From Rhodothermales bacterium (GTDB lineage: Bacteria; Bacteroidota; Rhodothermia; Rhodothermales; JABDKH01), in assembly GCA_965224105.1 (NCBI GenBank), contig CBDCYH010000002.1, positions 2,028,930-2,092,929 on the forward strand: a stretch of DNA of 64,000 nt, in the 5' to 3' direction. Shown here in pieces: positions 17,811 to 27,300 of this stretch; the first letter of the stretch is position 1; each line of letters opens with the position of its first letter. The notes below the pieces were generated by a model. It saw nothing but the letters and a program-made list of their open reading frames with translations, did no database searches and had not been told where the DNA came from. The position numbers and the translations under genes were made by a program.

Positions 17811-18547
17811 CAGGTCGTCACCCTAGATGAAATAAGAATCAAACGCGGGCAGTCTTCGTGCCAATCCGATCCATCGTAATTTCCCATCGTTCGGATTAGC
17901 GAAAGTCCCGCTTGTTGATACATCCGTTCGAAATCTTCCAGCTCATACAAGCGAACGGACTCGTTGAAGACATACCGCTCGCCATTTTGGCTAATCGTAA
18001 TTTCTTTTTCCACGCGCTGGCCAACGATCGCTCTCTCCTGGACGACGTGCACGGCTCCTGTTTCTGACTCGGACCTGGGGACAAAGTTGGCCCGCACCTT
18101 AGTGGCGTTGAGGTAATCTTGAACGAAATAGCCGCCGGGGATGAGGGCTTTGCACATAGCGCCAACGGCCTTTTGGTCATCGTATTCGTCATCAAAGAAT
18201 CCAAAGGCCGTAAACAGATTTACCACCGTGGCGAAGCGGTTGACAAAGAGGGAATCTCTCATGTCGGCAACAAGAAAGCTGATGTCTACTCCTTCCTTGC
18301 GGGCGCGTTGGCGGGCGCTTTCGATAGATCGTTTGGACAGATCGACACCCGTTACGTCATACCCTCGTTTAGCGAACGGAATGGCATGGCGACCTCGACC
18401 GCAACCCATGTCCAGCAGTCTCCCCGGTTCTTGATCCAGCGTTGCAATGAGGGTCTCGACCAAAACAATGGCTTCCTCCTCACTTCGATGCTTGTAGACG
18501 AGCTCGTACTCGTCGCTGTCAAACCAGGTCTGATACCACGGAATCAT
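17810..18547 (-). CDS. Class I SAM-dependent methyltransferase
   Basis: LLDMGCGRGRH, VTGVDLS, ADMR and NLFTAFGFF motifs. Confidence 0.9.
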   Translation of the reverse strand: MIPWYQTWFDSDEYELVYKHRSEEEAIVLVETLIATLDQEPGRLLDMGCGRGRHAIPFAKRGYDVTGVDLSKRSIESARQRARKEGVDISFLVADMRDSLFVNRFATVVNLFTAFGFFDDEYDDQKAVGAMCKALIPGGYFVQDYLNATKVRANFVPRSESETGAVHVVQERAIVGQRVEKEITISQNGERYVFNESVRLYELEDFERMYQQAGLSLIRTMGNYDGSDWHEDCPRLILISSRVTT

Positions 18548-19785
18548 TGAGCGCCCACGGTTGCTTCGAGCGTTTCAAGGACGACATCAACAGGTGTCAC
18601 CGTTTCTACCCAGTGGTTGATTCGGATGATGACCTCGTCAAGCATGGCATCGGGGCATGAGGCACCCGCGGTAAGGACAATTCGGACCGGGCGTACCGGT
18701 GGCATCCAATCGCTGGTTACCACGGTCTCAGCCTCGTGCAGATCAAAGTGTCGAATTTTCTGTGGACCAAGTATTTCTGCTGCATCCTTGATGAAGTAAG
18801 TCGGCATGTGCTGCTCGCACAGTTCAACCAGATGCGAAGTGTTGGATGAATTGTAGCCTCCGACTACGATCGCTATATCCGCCTTCTCCTGGAGTAGTGC
18901 GTATGTGGCATTCTGATTCTCATTGGTTGCATAACACAAGGTGTCGCTTGTGTCCGCAAAATGGTCTCCGATATTTTCTGAACCAAACCGCTCAATCATT
19001 GCTTTCCGAAGCAGTTCGGTTATCGCGGCCGTCTCCGAGGCCAGCATGGTAGTTTGGTTCACGACTCCGATCCGCTTGAGATCCGAATCAAACTCGAACG
19101 AATCAGAATGTTTGTCGGCGAACGCTGAGTAGAAATCAGCTCGCGAAAGACTTCCCCGAATAGCGTCTGCCAGGATTTGCGCTTCCTCAATGTCCCTTAC
19201 GACAATTACTTTTGCAGATTTATTAGCGTGTGAAATGGTTGCTCTTGTCTCTTCGTGTTCTCTCTTGCCGTGGATGACAACCGTATGGCTAGAGGTCCCA
19301 ATTTGATCGCTTCGCCGCCATACTTTTTCGACGAACGGGCAGGTGGTGTTGTAAGTCTTTACATCAATACCCCGATTTGCCAGGTTCTCCTTTATTTCCA
19401 CGGTGGTTCCAAACGCCGGAATAATTACGACATCGTCCGGAGTCAGATCGTCAAACGGGATGAGTTGCTCACCCATAGTGGTACGAAGAAAGTTGACTCC
19501 CCGTGATTGGAGGTCTTCGTTAACACGAGGGTTGTGGATCATCTCGGAGAGCAGATAGATTCGTTTTCCCGGATTCTCATCAACAGCGCGATAGGCAATC
19601 TCGATCGCGTTTTCAACCCCATAGCAGAATCCGAAATGCCGGGCAATGAGATATTGGACATCGCCAAAGTCAAGCACAGAAGGGGATAGGTCCTTTTTAC
19701 GCGGATCGTTTTCTGATCTGGCTGCTTTTACTCTGCTTATTACAGAGCTTCGATAAAACTCCGGTACCTCGAACTTTCGCGGCAT
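18544..19785 (-). CDS. ispH: 4-hydroxy-3-methylbut-2-enyl diphosphate reductase
   Basis: HFGFCYGV, IHNP.V, TTCPFV, NQTT, TLCYAT, GGYNSSN and TAGASCPD; all three Fe-S Cys present. Confidence 0.95.
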   Translation of the reverse strand: MPRKFEVPEFYRSSVISRVKAARSENDPRKKDLSPSVLDFGDVQYLIARHFGFCYGVENAIEIAYRAVDENPGKRIYLLSEMIHNPRVNEDLQSRGVNFLRTTMGEQLIPFDDLTPDDVVIIPAFGTTVEIKENLANRGIDVKTYNTTCPFVEKVWRRSDQIGTSSHTVVIHGKREHEETRATISHANKSAKVIVVRDIEEAQILADAIRGSLSRADFYSAFADKHSDSFEFDSDLKRIGVVNQTTMLASETAAITELLRKAMIERFGSENIGDHFADTSDTLCYATNENQNATYALLQEKADIAIVVGGYNSSNTSHLVELCEQHMPTYFIKDAAEILGPQKIRHFDLHEAETVVTSDWMPPVRPVRIVLTAGASCPDAMLDEVIIRINHWVETVTPVDVVLETLEATVGAQ

Positions 19786-19845
19786 CGCTGCCTATCCTCG
19801 TTTGTCCATTGAACGACTAGCGTACGCAACCTGCGTCCAAACGGT

Positions 19846-20970
19846 TCAAAGTCGTTGTGATATTGTAGGCAGTATTGCATTCTTCCACGCATCAAACGTG
19901 TCAGATTCAATGTTCTTCCTTGCTTGCCACATCAGCCACGAATAGAACGTGAGATTTTGAAGTGATGCGAGTCGCATACCTAGCAGTTCGTTGCTCATGA
20001 TGAGGTGTCTGAGATAGGCCCTCGAAAAATTCTGGCAGGCGTAAGCGTCGATTCCGGGGTCTATCGGCGAGTAGTCCGACCGCCACTTTTTGTTGCGGAT
20101 GTTTACTGTGCCCTCGGTGGTGAATATCGTTCCGTTGCGCCCGTTCCGCGTTGGCATCACGCAATCGAACATGTCGATGCCTCGATGGATATTTTCCAGG
20201 AGATTTGCCGGGGTACCTACGCCCATGAGGTAGCGCGGCTTGTTGGTTGGTAGGATTTCTGTAGAGACTTCGACCATCTCATACATTTGTTCTGCAGGTT
20301 CTCCTACAGACAGGCCACCAATAGCGTAACCCGGGAAGTCCATTGCGGCTAGTCTCTCCGCGGAGTCCCTTCTGAGTTCCGGGTACACTGCCCCCTGCGT
20401 AATTCCGAATAGCTGTTGATCGAATCCGTACGCGGCGTCGGTTGCGTTAAAACGGTCAAGGCACCTACCTGCCCAGCGGATCGTCAGCTCGTTAGACTTT
20501 TTAGCGTACTCGAATGTCGCATCTCCCGGCGGACACTCATCAAGCACCATCATGATGTCCGAACCGATTGCCCGTTGCGAGTCGATCACACTTTCCGGCG
20601 TAAATTTGTGACTCGAACCGTCTAGATGGCTTTGGAAGGTGACTCCCTCTTCACTAATTGACCTTCGTGATGCGAGCGAATAAACCTGATACCCTCCAGA
20701 GTCCGTAAGGAGTGCCTTATCCCAGGATATGAATTTGTGCAATCCACCCGCTTCACGGAGCAATTCTGTGCCTGGTCGTAGAAAAAGATGGTAGGTATTC
20801 CCCAGGATGATCGGTGCATCGACGTGCTCTGTCAATTCCCGAGGCGAAATTCCCTTTACAGTACCAACAGTTCCGACTGGCATAAAAGTGGGAGTCGGGA
20901 TCGGGCCGTGCGTAGTCTCGAGGATACCTGCTCTCGCAGATCCGCACGTCGCACTAAGTGTGAATGACAT
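19846..20970 (-). CDS. tgt: tRNA-guanine transglycosylase
   Basis: TPTFMPVGT, NTYHL, TDSGGYQ, LDECPP, GITQG, GGLSVGE, RYLMGVG and DMFDCVMPTR. Confidence 0.95.
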   Translation of the reverse strand: MSFTLSATCGSARAGILETTHGPIPTPTFMPVGTVGTVKGISPRELTEHVDAPIILGNTYHLFLRPGTELLREAGGLHKFISWDKALLTDSGGYQVYSLASRRSISEEGVTFQSHLDGSSHKFTPESVIDSQRAIGSDIMMVLDECPPGDATFEYAKKSNELTIRWAGRCLDRFNATDAAYGFDQQLFGITQGAVYPELRRDSAERLAAMDFPGYAIGGLSVGEPAEQMYEMVEVSTEILPTNKPRYLMGVGTPANLLENIHRGIDMFDCVMPTRNGRNGTIFTTEGTVNIRNKKWRSDYSPIDPGIDAYACQNFSRAYLRHLIMSNELLGMRLASLQNLTFYSWLMWQARKNIESDTFDAWKNAILPTISQRL

Positions 20971-20981
20971 CGTTCGCTAAT

Positions 20982-21596
20982 TCAAGCGGCGGTTGTGTTG
21001 GTCTTGGAGCGCATGGAATCGATGCGTTTATTCGATTCGAGGGAAAGCAACTTCGCAGCGATGTCAATCTCATTATCATCCAATCCCAGGACGAGCTTTT
21101 TCCTGCCATGGACGACAACAAGGACATCGGTCGTGACTCGCGTTGCGAAGGTCACCGTTGAAGTCGCCCGTCTGTAAACGTCATGATATTCTTTTGCACT
21201 GATCCGGTAGATCGAATCCACGTCTTCAAGAGCAGCCTGCATTACCGGCTTGCCGTCCTGGTATATTTTCATGTCCCGGGTTCGTATTTCTACAGCGAAT
21301 AGCGGCGAGAAGCCGACGACTCCTAAAGCCAGTATCAATCCCGCGAACGTCACCTGTCCCGACCAGTACGCCAGCGCCACTTTTCCATTGGGGTCGGAAG
21401 TTACGAAGGGTTCGACGATCGCCCAGGACAATTGTTGTGCCAGCACGAAGACGAGAACCACGACGGATATTGCCAAAATATAAACTGAGCCCGCCTTCCA
21501 ATCGTCGCTAATCCGCGAATGCAGGTACCGTCCCAGTATGGAATACTGAGGGTCAAATTTTCGCTTGATTATGAAGTAGCTTTTTGCAGACATCAT
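20982..21596 (-). CDS. Hypothetical membrane protein (2 TM plus soluble beta domain)
   Basis: Two hydrophobic segments; embedded in the operon. Confidence 0.65.
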   Translation of the reverse strand: MMSAKSYFIIKRKFDPQYSILGRYLHSRISDDWKAGSVYILAISVVVLVFVLAQQLSWAIVEPFVTSDPNGKVALAYWSGQVTFAGLILALGVVGFSPLFAVEIRTRDMKIYQDGKPVMQAALEDVDSIYRISAKEYHDVYRRATSTVTFATRVTTDVLVVVHGRKKLVLGLDDNEIDIAAKLLSLESNKRIDSMRSKTNTTAA

Positions 21597-21650
21597 TCAC
21601 GGGATTAGCCCGACGGGCTCAGTGCATTGGTGTGCTGACCCGGGAAGTCG

Positions 21651-22718
21651 TTACTGATCCTGATTTCCGGAACCCAGCACACGGCTCGACGCTGACACGG
21701 AATCTTCTCGAGCCTGGAGTCGCTGCTCCCACTCCAGAAGCTCACGTTCTCTCTCTCCGATTTTTCGCTGCGATTCTGTAATGGCTTTTTCGCGAATCTC
21801 GAATGGGGCCTGCTCCATGTAGCCCCTTTCTTCGAAGTATCGCTTAAACAACCAGTTGTGTTTGGCAGCTTCGGTTAACTCTGCAAACCGGAATGCCGCA
21901 ACGGCGCTCCAGTTGGCGGTGTTGTTCATATTCTCCAGAATACTATACATCTCGCCGGTTATCGCCTGCACTGAATCTGCAGATTTGATAAGCGTATTGT
22001 ACAACTCCGGATCATTGAGCAGTTTGGCCATTGTTCCGTCACCAGATTCTATGCTGTTAAGAATCGTGCTGATACCCTCTGTCGTTGCAGCGGCGACCTC
22101 AACCATTACTTCTGCGTTGGTCGCAAGCGAATTTAGAACCCGCTTTGTTTCTTCGGTGGTTGAGACAATGCTTTTGTAGAGGGTGGAGTCGTATACAATT
22201 CTACCCAGCGTACCCTGGCCATTTGCAACGTCCAGCATGATCTCTTCGAAGGTAACAGCGGCCCGTTCAAAATTTTGGACCGATACGAGAGCTTTGTCGG
22301 TTATTTCAAACAAGTCAAATGGATCTACGCCTGTGATCACGTCGTCATCATCGATTGGATCTCCGGTCGCTGATGTAGAGACGAGCACCACAATTTGACT
22401 GCCGACAAGCCCATCGCTCTTGATTTGCGCCTCGGTATTTTTTCGGATTACCTTCCTGGCATTTTCGGAAATAGCCATGGAAACCTGAATTTTCCCCCCT
22501 GGATTTTCAGGTAGCTGCACTGCCTCCACTCGGCCGACGTTGACGCCTTGATACTGAACTGCCGCGCCCAGCGGCAGGCCCGCTACCTGATTGAAAGTCG
22601 CGCTTATGGGGAAGGTTTTGCTAAACAGGAAAGTGCGGTTTGCAATTGCGAATAACGCAATCGCAAACAGAACGAAACCTAGAATTACCAGAAGGCCGAC
22701 GCGGGCTTGTCGTGACAT
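21651..22718 (-). CDS. mlaD: MlaD/MCE-family protein with long helical tail
   Basis: N-terminal TM, VAGLPLGAAVQYQGVNVGRV, IKSDGLVG and GTLGRIV/GTMAKLLND repeats. Confidence 0.85.
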   Translation of the reverse strand: MSRQARVGLLVILGFVLFAIALFAIANRTFLFSKTFPISATFNQVAGLPLGAAVQYQGVNVGRVEAVQLPENPGGKIQVSMAISENARKVIRKNTEAQIKSDGLVGSQIVVLVSTSATGDPIDDDDVITGVDPFDLFEITDKALVSVQNFERAAVTFEEIMLDVANGQGTLGRIVYDSTLYKSIVSTTEETKRVLNSLATNAEVMVEVAAATTEGISTILNSIESGDGTMAKLLNDPELYNTLIKSADSVQAITGEMYSILENMNNTANWSAVAAFRFAELTEAAKHNWLFKRYFEERGYMEQAPFEIREKAITESQRKIGERERELLEWEQRLQAREDSVSASSRVLGSGNQDQ

Positions 22719-22750
22719 GGGCGGAATTGCAACTTGATCCGATAAAACAA

Positions 22751-23479
22751 CTATCCTTCGAAGAAGTTGCGAATCGCCGGATGGGTCGAGGCCTGCATTT
22801 CGCTAAGCGACCCGCTTTGGATAATCACGCCGTCGTGCAGGAAGTGGACCGAGTCCGCAACCATTTCGGCGCAAAGTAGGTCGTGAGTGATAACAACCGC
22901 TGAAATTCCACGCTCGTCACGCAATCGGGCGATTAATCTGGAAACACGTCTTACAGATTCGGGATCGAGGCCGGTTGTAGGTTCGTCGTACAACACGATA
23001 TCGGGATTCAGGACGATTGCCCGGGCAAGCGCTATACGCTTTTTCTGACCTCCACTCAATTCCGACGGCATAGAATCCGATTTTTCCGGCAGGTCAACCC
23101 AGTCGAGCAATTCGACAATTCGCTCATCCTGCTGTTGACTGCTGAGCGGAGAGTGGCGGTGCAAAATGAATGCAAGATTTTCGCGAACGGACATGGAGTC
23201 GAACAGCGCACCACCCTGGAATAGATACCCGACATTCAGCCTCACCTTGTCCAACTCGGTGGCATTCATCCCGAGCACCGATTGGCCGTCGACGAGGATA
23301 TCGCCACTATCCGGATCGATGAGCCGAACGATGGTTTTCACCAGGACACTTTTTCCACTTCCAGACGATCCCATAACCGCTACAGTTTTCCCGCGCGGGA
23401 CATCCAGCGATACACCCTTCAGGACGTGGTTATCGTCAAAGCTCTTGGCAACTTCGACTATTTGAACAATGTTATCCAA
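22751..23479 (-). CDS. mlaF: ABC transporter ATP-binding protein, MlaF type
   Basis: GSSGSGKS, FQGGALFDS, LSGGQKKR and YDEPTTGLDP. Confidence 0.9.
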   Translation of the reverse strand: MDNIVQIVEVAKSFDDNHVLKGVSLDVPRGKTVAVMGSSGSGKSVLVKTIVRLIDPDSGDILVDGQSVLGMNATELDKVRLNVGYLFQGGALFDSMSVRENLAFILHRHSPLSSQQQDERIVELLDWVDLPEKSDSMPSELSGGQKKRIALARAIVLNPDIVLYDEPTTGLDPESVRRVSRLIARLRDERGISAVVITHDLLCAEMVADSVHFLHDGVIIQSGSLSEMQASTHPAIRNFFEG

Positions 23480-23497
23480 CCGATTGGTTCGACGAAA

Positions 23498-24277
23498 TTA
23501 AATGGCGAAAAACATCAATGAGATTCTAACAACGATTACGTCTGCGAGGAAGATCAGCAGGGCTGAGAGGACCACCGATTTCATTGCAGCCTGGCCAACT
23601 TCCCGCGTACCCCCGCGGACGTTGTATCCAAGATAGCAGCTTACGCTCGCCACGAGGAATCCGAAAATGCTTGTCTTAAGTGTGTCGACGATTACATCAG
23701 AAAACCGGAGCGACTCAAACGCCGTGTTAAAGAAAATCCGGTAATCGGTATCACTGGAGATGACGGATTCAAGGTAGCCACCTATCAGGGCAATACTATC
23801 AGCCCAGATAGTTAGTAAAGGAAAAATGATGACGCATGCCAGCACGCGGGTCACCACCAGATAGTTGTAGGGTCTTAACGCGGCGACTTCGAGCGCGTCG
23901 ATCTGCTCGGTTACGCGCATTGAACCTATCTCTGCACCAATTCCCGCGCCAAGGCGACCTGCCAGCACGAGTGAGGTTATCATTGGCCCGATTTCCTTAA
24001 AGATCGACAAGGCCAACATACTGGGCATCACTGCTTCGGCCCCAAATCGAGCAAGGGTACCCCGAGACTGCATGGCCATCACTACACCGATGGCAAATCC
24101 CGTTACCGACACTAGAATAAAGCTCTTGCTCCCCGCTTCGTCAATTTGGTGTAGCAGCTCGCGACCTTCGAAGGGTCGACGCCACACTTTCCTGAAAAAG
24201 TTGAGCGCAAAGAGGGTGTATTCACCTACCCCTTTTGCTGACTCGGCCAGAATGCTCTCGCGCCAAAAATTTCTCAC
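23498..24277 (-). CDS. mlaE: ABC transporter permease, MlaE type
   Basis: EIGPMITSLVLAGR.GAGIGAEIGSMRVTEQIDAL and GGTREVG. Confidence 0.9.
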   Translation of the reverse strand: MRNFWRESILAESAKGVGEYTLFALNFFRKVWRRPFEGRELLHQIDEAGSKSFILVSVTGFAIGVVMAMQSRGTLARFGAEAVMPSMLALSIFKEIGPMITSLVLAGRLGAGIGAEIGSMRVTEQIDALEVAALRPYNYLVVTRVLACVIIFPLLTIWADSIALIGGYLESVISSDTDYRIFFNTAFESLRFSDVIVDTLKTSIFGFLVASVSCYLGYNVRGGTREVGQAAMKSVVLSALLIFLADVIVVRISLMFFAI

Positions 24278-24325
24278 TGCGGTGGATCCTCCCTGAGCCT
24301 CAAGGTAAGCAGTACCATGCAGATT

Positions 24326-27300
24326 TTAGTATGCGTATTGCCACAGGAGATTAACGCTGATGGATTCTCGCTGCGTTAGCCGCAACAGGAGTCTCTTAAC
24401 GACTTCCAGTTCGAGCGTGATTTCTCTGGGTGATGATTCGGATGAGGTGGCCGATTCGTCTCTCAGCGAAAGCGCCTGGCTGACTGCCAGGAATACGCGG
24501 GGGTGAATATATTTGCCAGCCGTTAGTCGTGTGTCCAGCCCATCCTGTTCTATCTCGACAACATCCAGGCCTAGCTCCGAACCTGCCAGACCTTCCAGGA
24601 AACCGGTGAGCCTACCGATAGCCAAATCAGCAGCCAAGGTTCCACCCGTGCCACCTCCGAGTTGCAACGATTCGCTGGCTGGCCGACCAAAGGCGATGTA
24701 TGACAAAATATTTGTTTGATCCATTGTTGGATCGCTGTCCAGTGTTAGTTCGAGATCATCCAGGGTACCGGACGCATTTAGTGTTATCACTACTCGGTTT
24801 TCATCTGATCTCCGTTTCACATCGTACGACGCCTGGATATCAAGTACAGGGTCGGCGACGGGCCCGTTGTACACGACCGATCCGCGATCGATTACAAACT
24901 TCTTTCCGAATGCCTCGACTTTACTCCGGCCAGCTATCGCATCTACTGGCCCATAGAGCTCAAGGTCTCCGCCCGATTCTTTCTGGGCGTCCAGGTCACC
25001 GTAAAGCTGGACGTTCATTTTTGGATTTGCGTTGGATCGCAGCCATGTATTCCGTTCGAGCTCGACGTTTACATCCAATGTGAGGGCCTTGTAGAAATCA
25101 AATGTTGTGGTGTCGCTGGCGGTCACCTGTTTTCCAAAGACACGTTCAAGCTCCCGCAAATCATCCTCACCGAGCTTGACCGGTTCGAACTCCTCGATCT
25201 CATCATTCAAAAACAAATCACCCTCGATCACCTGAACATAGCCACTTAGATACGGGCTTTTTGTGGTGCCAGACATCAGCAAGTCGGCGGAGACGCGTCC
25301 TCGATACAGGCTGTTGTCGACGGCAAAGAAATTTTCAGCGCTCAGGCTGATATCGACGTCTCCCAGGTTGAGCTGGGTAAGCTTCACAACGCCATCTGCG
25401 AGCAGCTCGCCCTGACCGCTCCTTATTTCCGCATGTTCAATCGCTATTTCGTCTCCGTTAAATGTAAGCTCTGCCGTGATCGGCTCGTAGACACGGCCAA
25501 AAACGGGCAGACCAAGCCTCCCATTCGATACCGTGGCTGTCCCGGCCAATTCAGGACTATCCACGGTTCCTGTAACATCGATGTCGGCCGTCAACTTTCC
25601 TCCTACGACGTTGACTATTGTCGGGTCGAAGAAAGGCTCTAACCAATCAGAAGCAAACTCATCCGCAATAAGTTTGAAGTTTACCTCACTGTCGGCGGTT
25701 GCAGTTCGTGCACTAACCCGCACTCCCGACTCAGTCTGGCCTTGCGATGACGACAGGCGGAGGTCAACCGGGAGGTAGCCGACTGCCGTCAAAACACTTC
25801 CGTCTTCGTGCTCGATTATTCCGTCCAGGGTAAGTCGCAGGTCCTCATAAGAAAGATCTAGCTGGAGATGCCCAACGTCTCGTGATTTGTTCTGTATATC
25901 CAGACCCAGATCCCCGATCATCACAGGCGCATTGGCGTGGCCGGTGAGGTCGATATATCCGTTCAGTGTCCCGTCGAGGCCGGAAAGTTTCATCAGGTCG
26001 GCGAACCCTCCTATGCGGATGTTCTCCAACGTGAGCAACAAACTCTGCTCTCCATTGAGATCGATCAACCCGTCAACAGCGATCTGTTGATCATCGGTGA
26101 AGATCAACATATTTCGGATTTCCCACTTGTCGTCGAGCGATATTTCTGCAGGTTGCAGGAGAGACCAGGTATCTGCGTCGACCTGCATGTCGAGATTGTT
26201 GACAAGGAATGTGCGGACAGAATCGCTGAGGTTCATCGTTCCAAAAAGATATCCCCGGCGCCTTCTGTCCATGGTTGGAATCACCTCAATTTTGAGGCTG
26301 TCATCTGCAATCGAGCCGAGGATATTCGTGTTCCGAACAGCTATGGACGGCGTAGAGAATTGCAACACATTGCCCGAGAATTCTGCCTCATCAATTTCCC
26401 AATTCTTGTTAACCAGAACGTCTGCATAGAAACTTGTTGCGCCCGTGACAAAGTCACCGTACGCCAGGGATTCGGTCTCCGATTCTATGTTGACATCTAG
26501 GAGATTGGAGTTGCCGTCGCTATCGAAGGTTATTTTTGCAATTCCGCGTCCATGCAGGTCCGGGCTTGATCGTAGGAGAGGCTGAAGCAGGTGCAAGTTT
26601 TTGGCATTCACATCCAGCACCAAGGGCGTTGCTGCGGGGGCAGAAGCGAGGGCAAGCTGGCCCCCACCTGAGACGTCCAGGGCGTTCGAGATCAACTCCA
26701 GAGACCGGAAGGTTAACAGACTGTCTCGCAGCGTCCCATCAACCGACAGATTTTGCATATCTAAATCACCCAGACGACCTTTCGAGCTGGTGGCCAGCAA
26801 GTCCCAACCGTTTCCAACCTTCTTGAGGTCAATTGATCCTGTAACCGCCGAGGCAACCGAGTCAAGGCCGATAAGTGCAGCAACGTCGGTACTATCGAAT
26901 CTCGCATCGAGAGAGTGAAGCCTATTGTAACCGTCAAGATGCAGCGTACCCGAGGATGACCTACCGTTTGAGACTGTCTGCCAGGTAGCTACGCTCATTG
27001 AGTCGGTGGGCACCCACTCGATCCAGCCCTCATCAATACGAAGACCGTTAATCGTCGAGGACGGCAGGATCGACAGAACCTCGCGATCTTCGAGGACAGT
27101 GGAGCGAACGTTGAGCCCGGTTTCCAAGGTGGGGATGCCTATCATCGGACCGACATTCAAATTTGAAAACGTGGCACCAGTAAGCCTTATAGTCGGCGGT
27201 TTGACGGGCTCGCCAGACTCCACGCGGTTGACGACTATTTGTGCTGCAAACGATTGATCTTCTTTTCCGATTCGCACTCTACCATCCAGGGTGTTCACTA

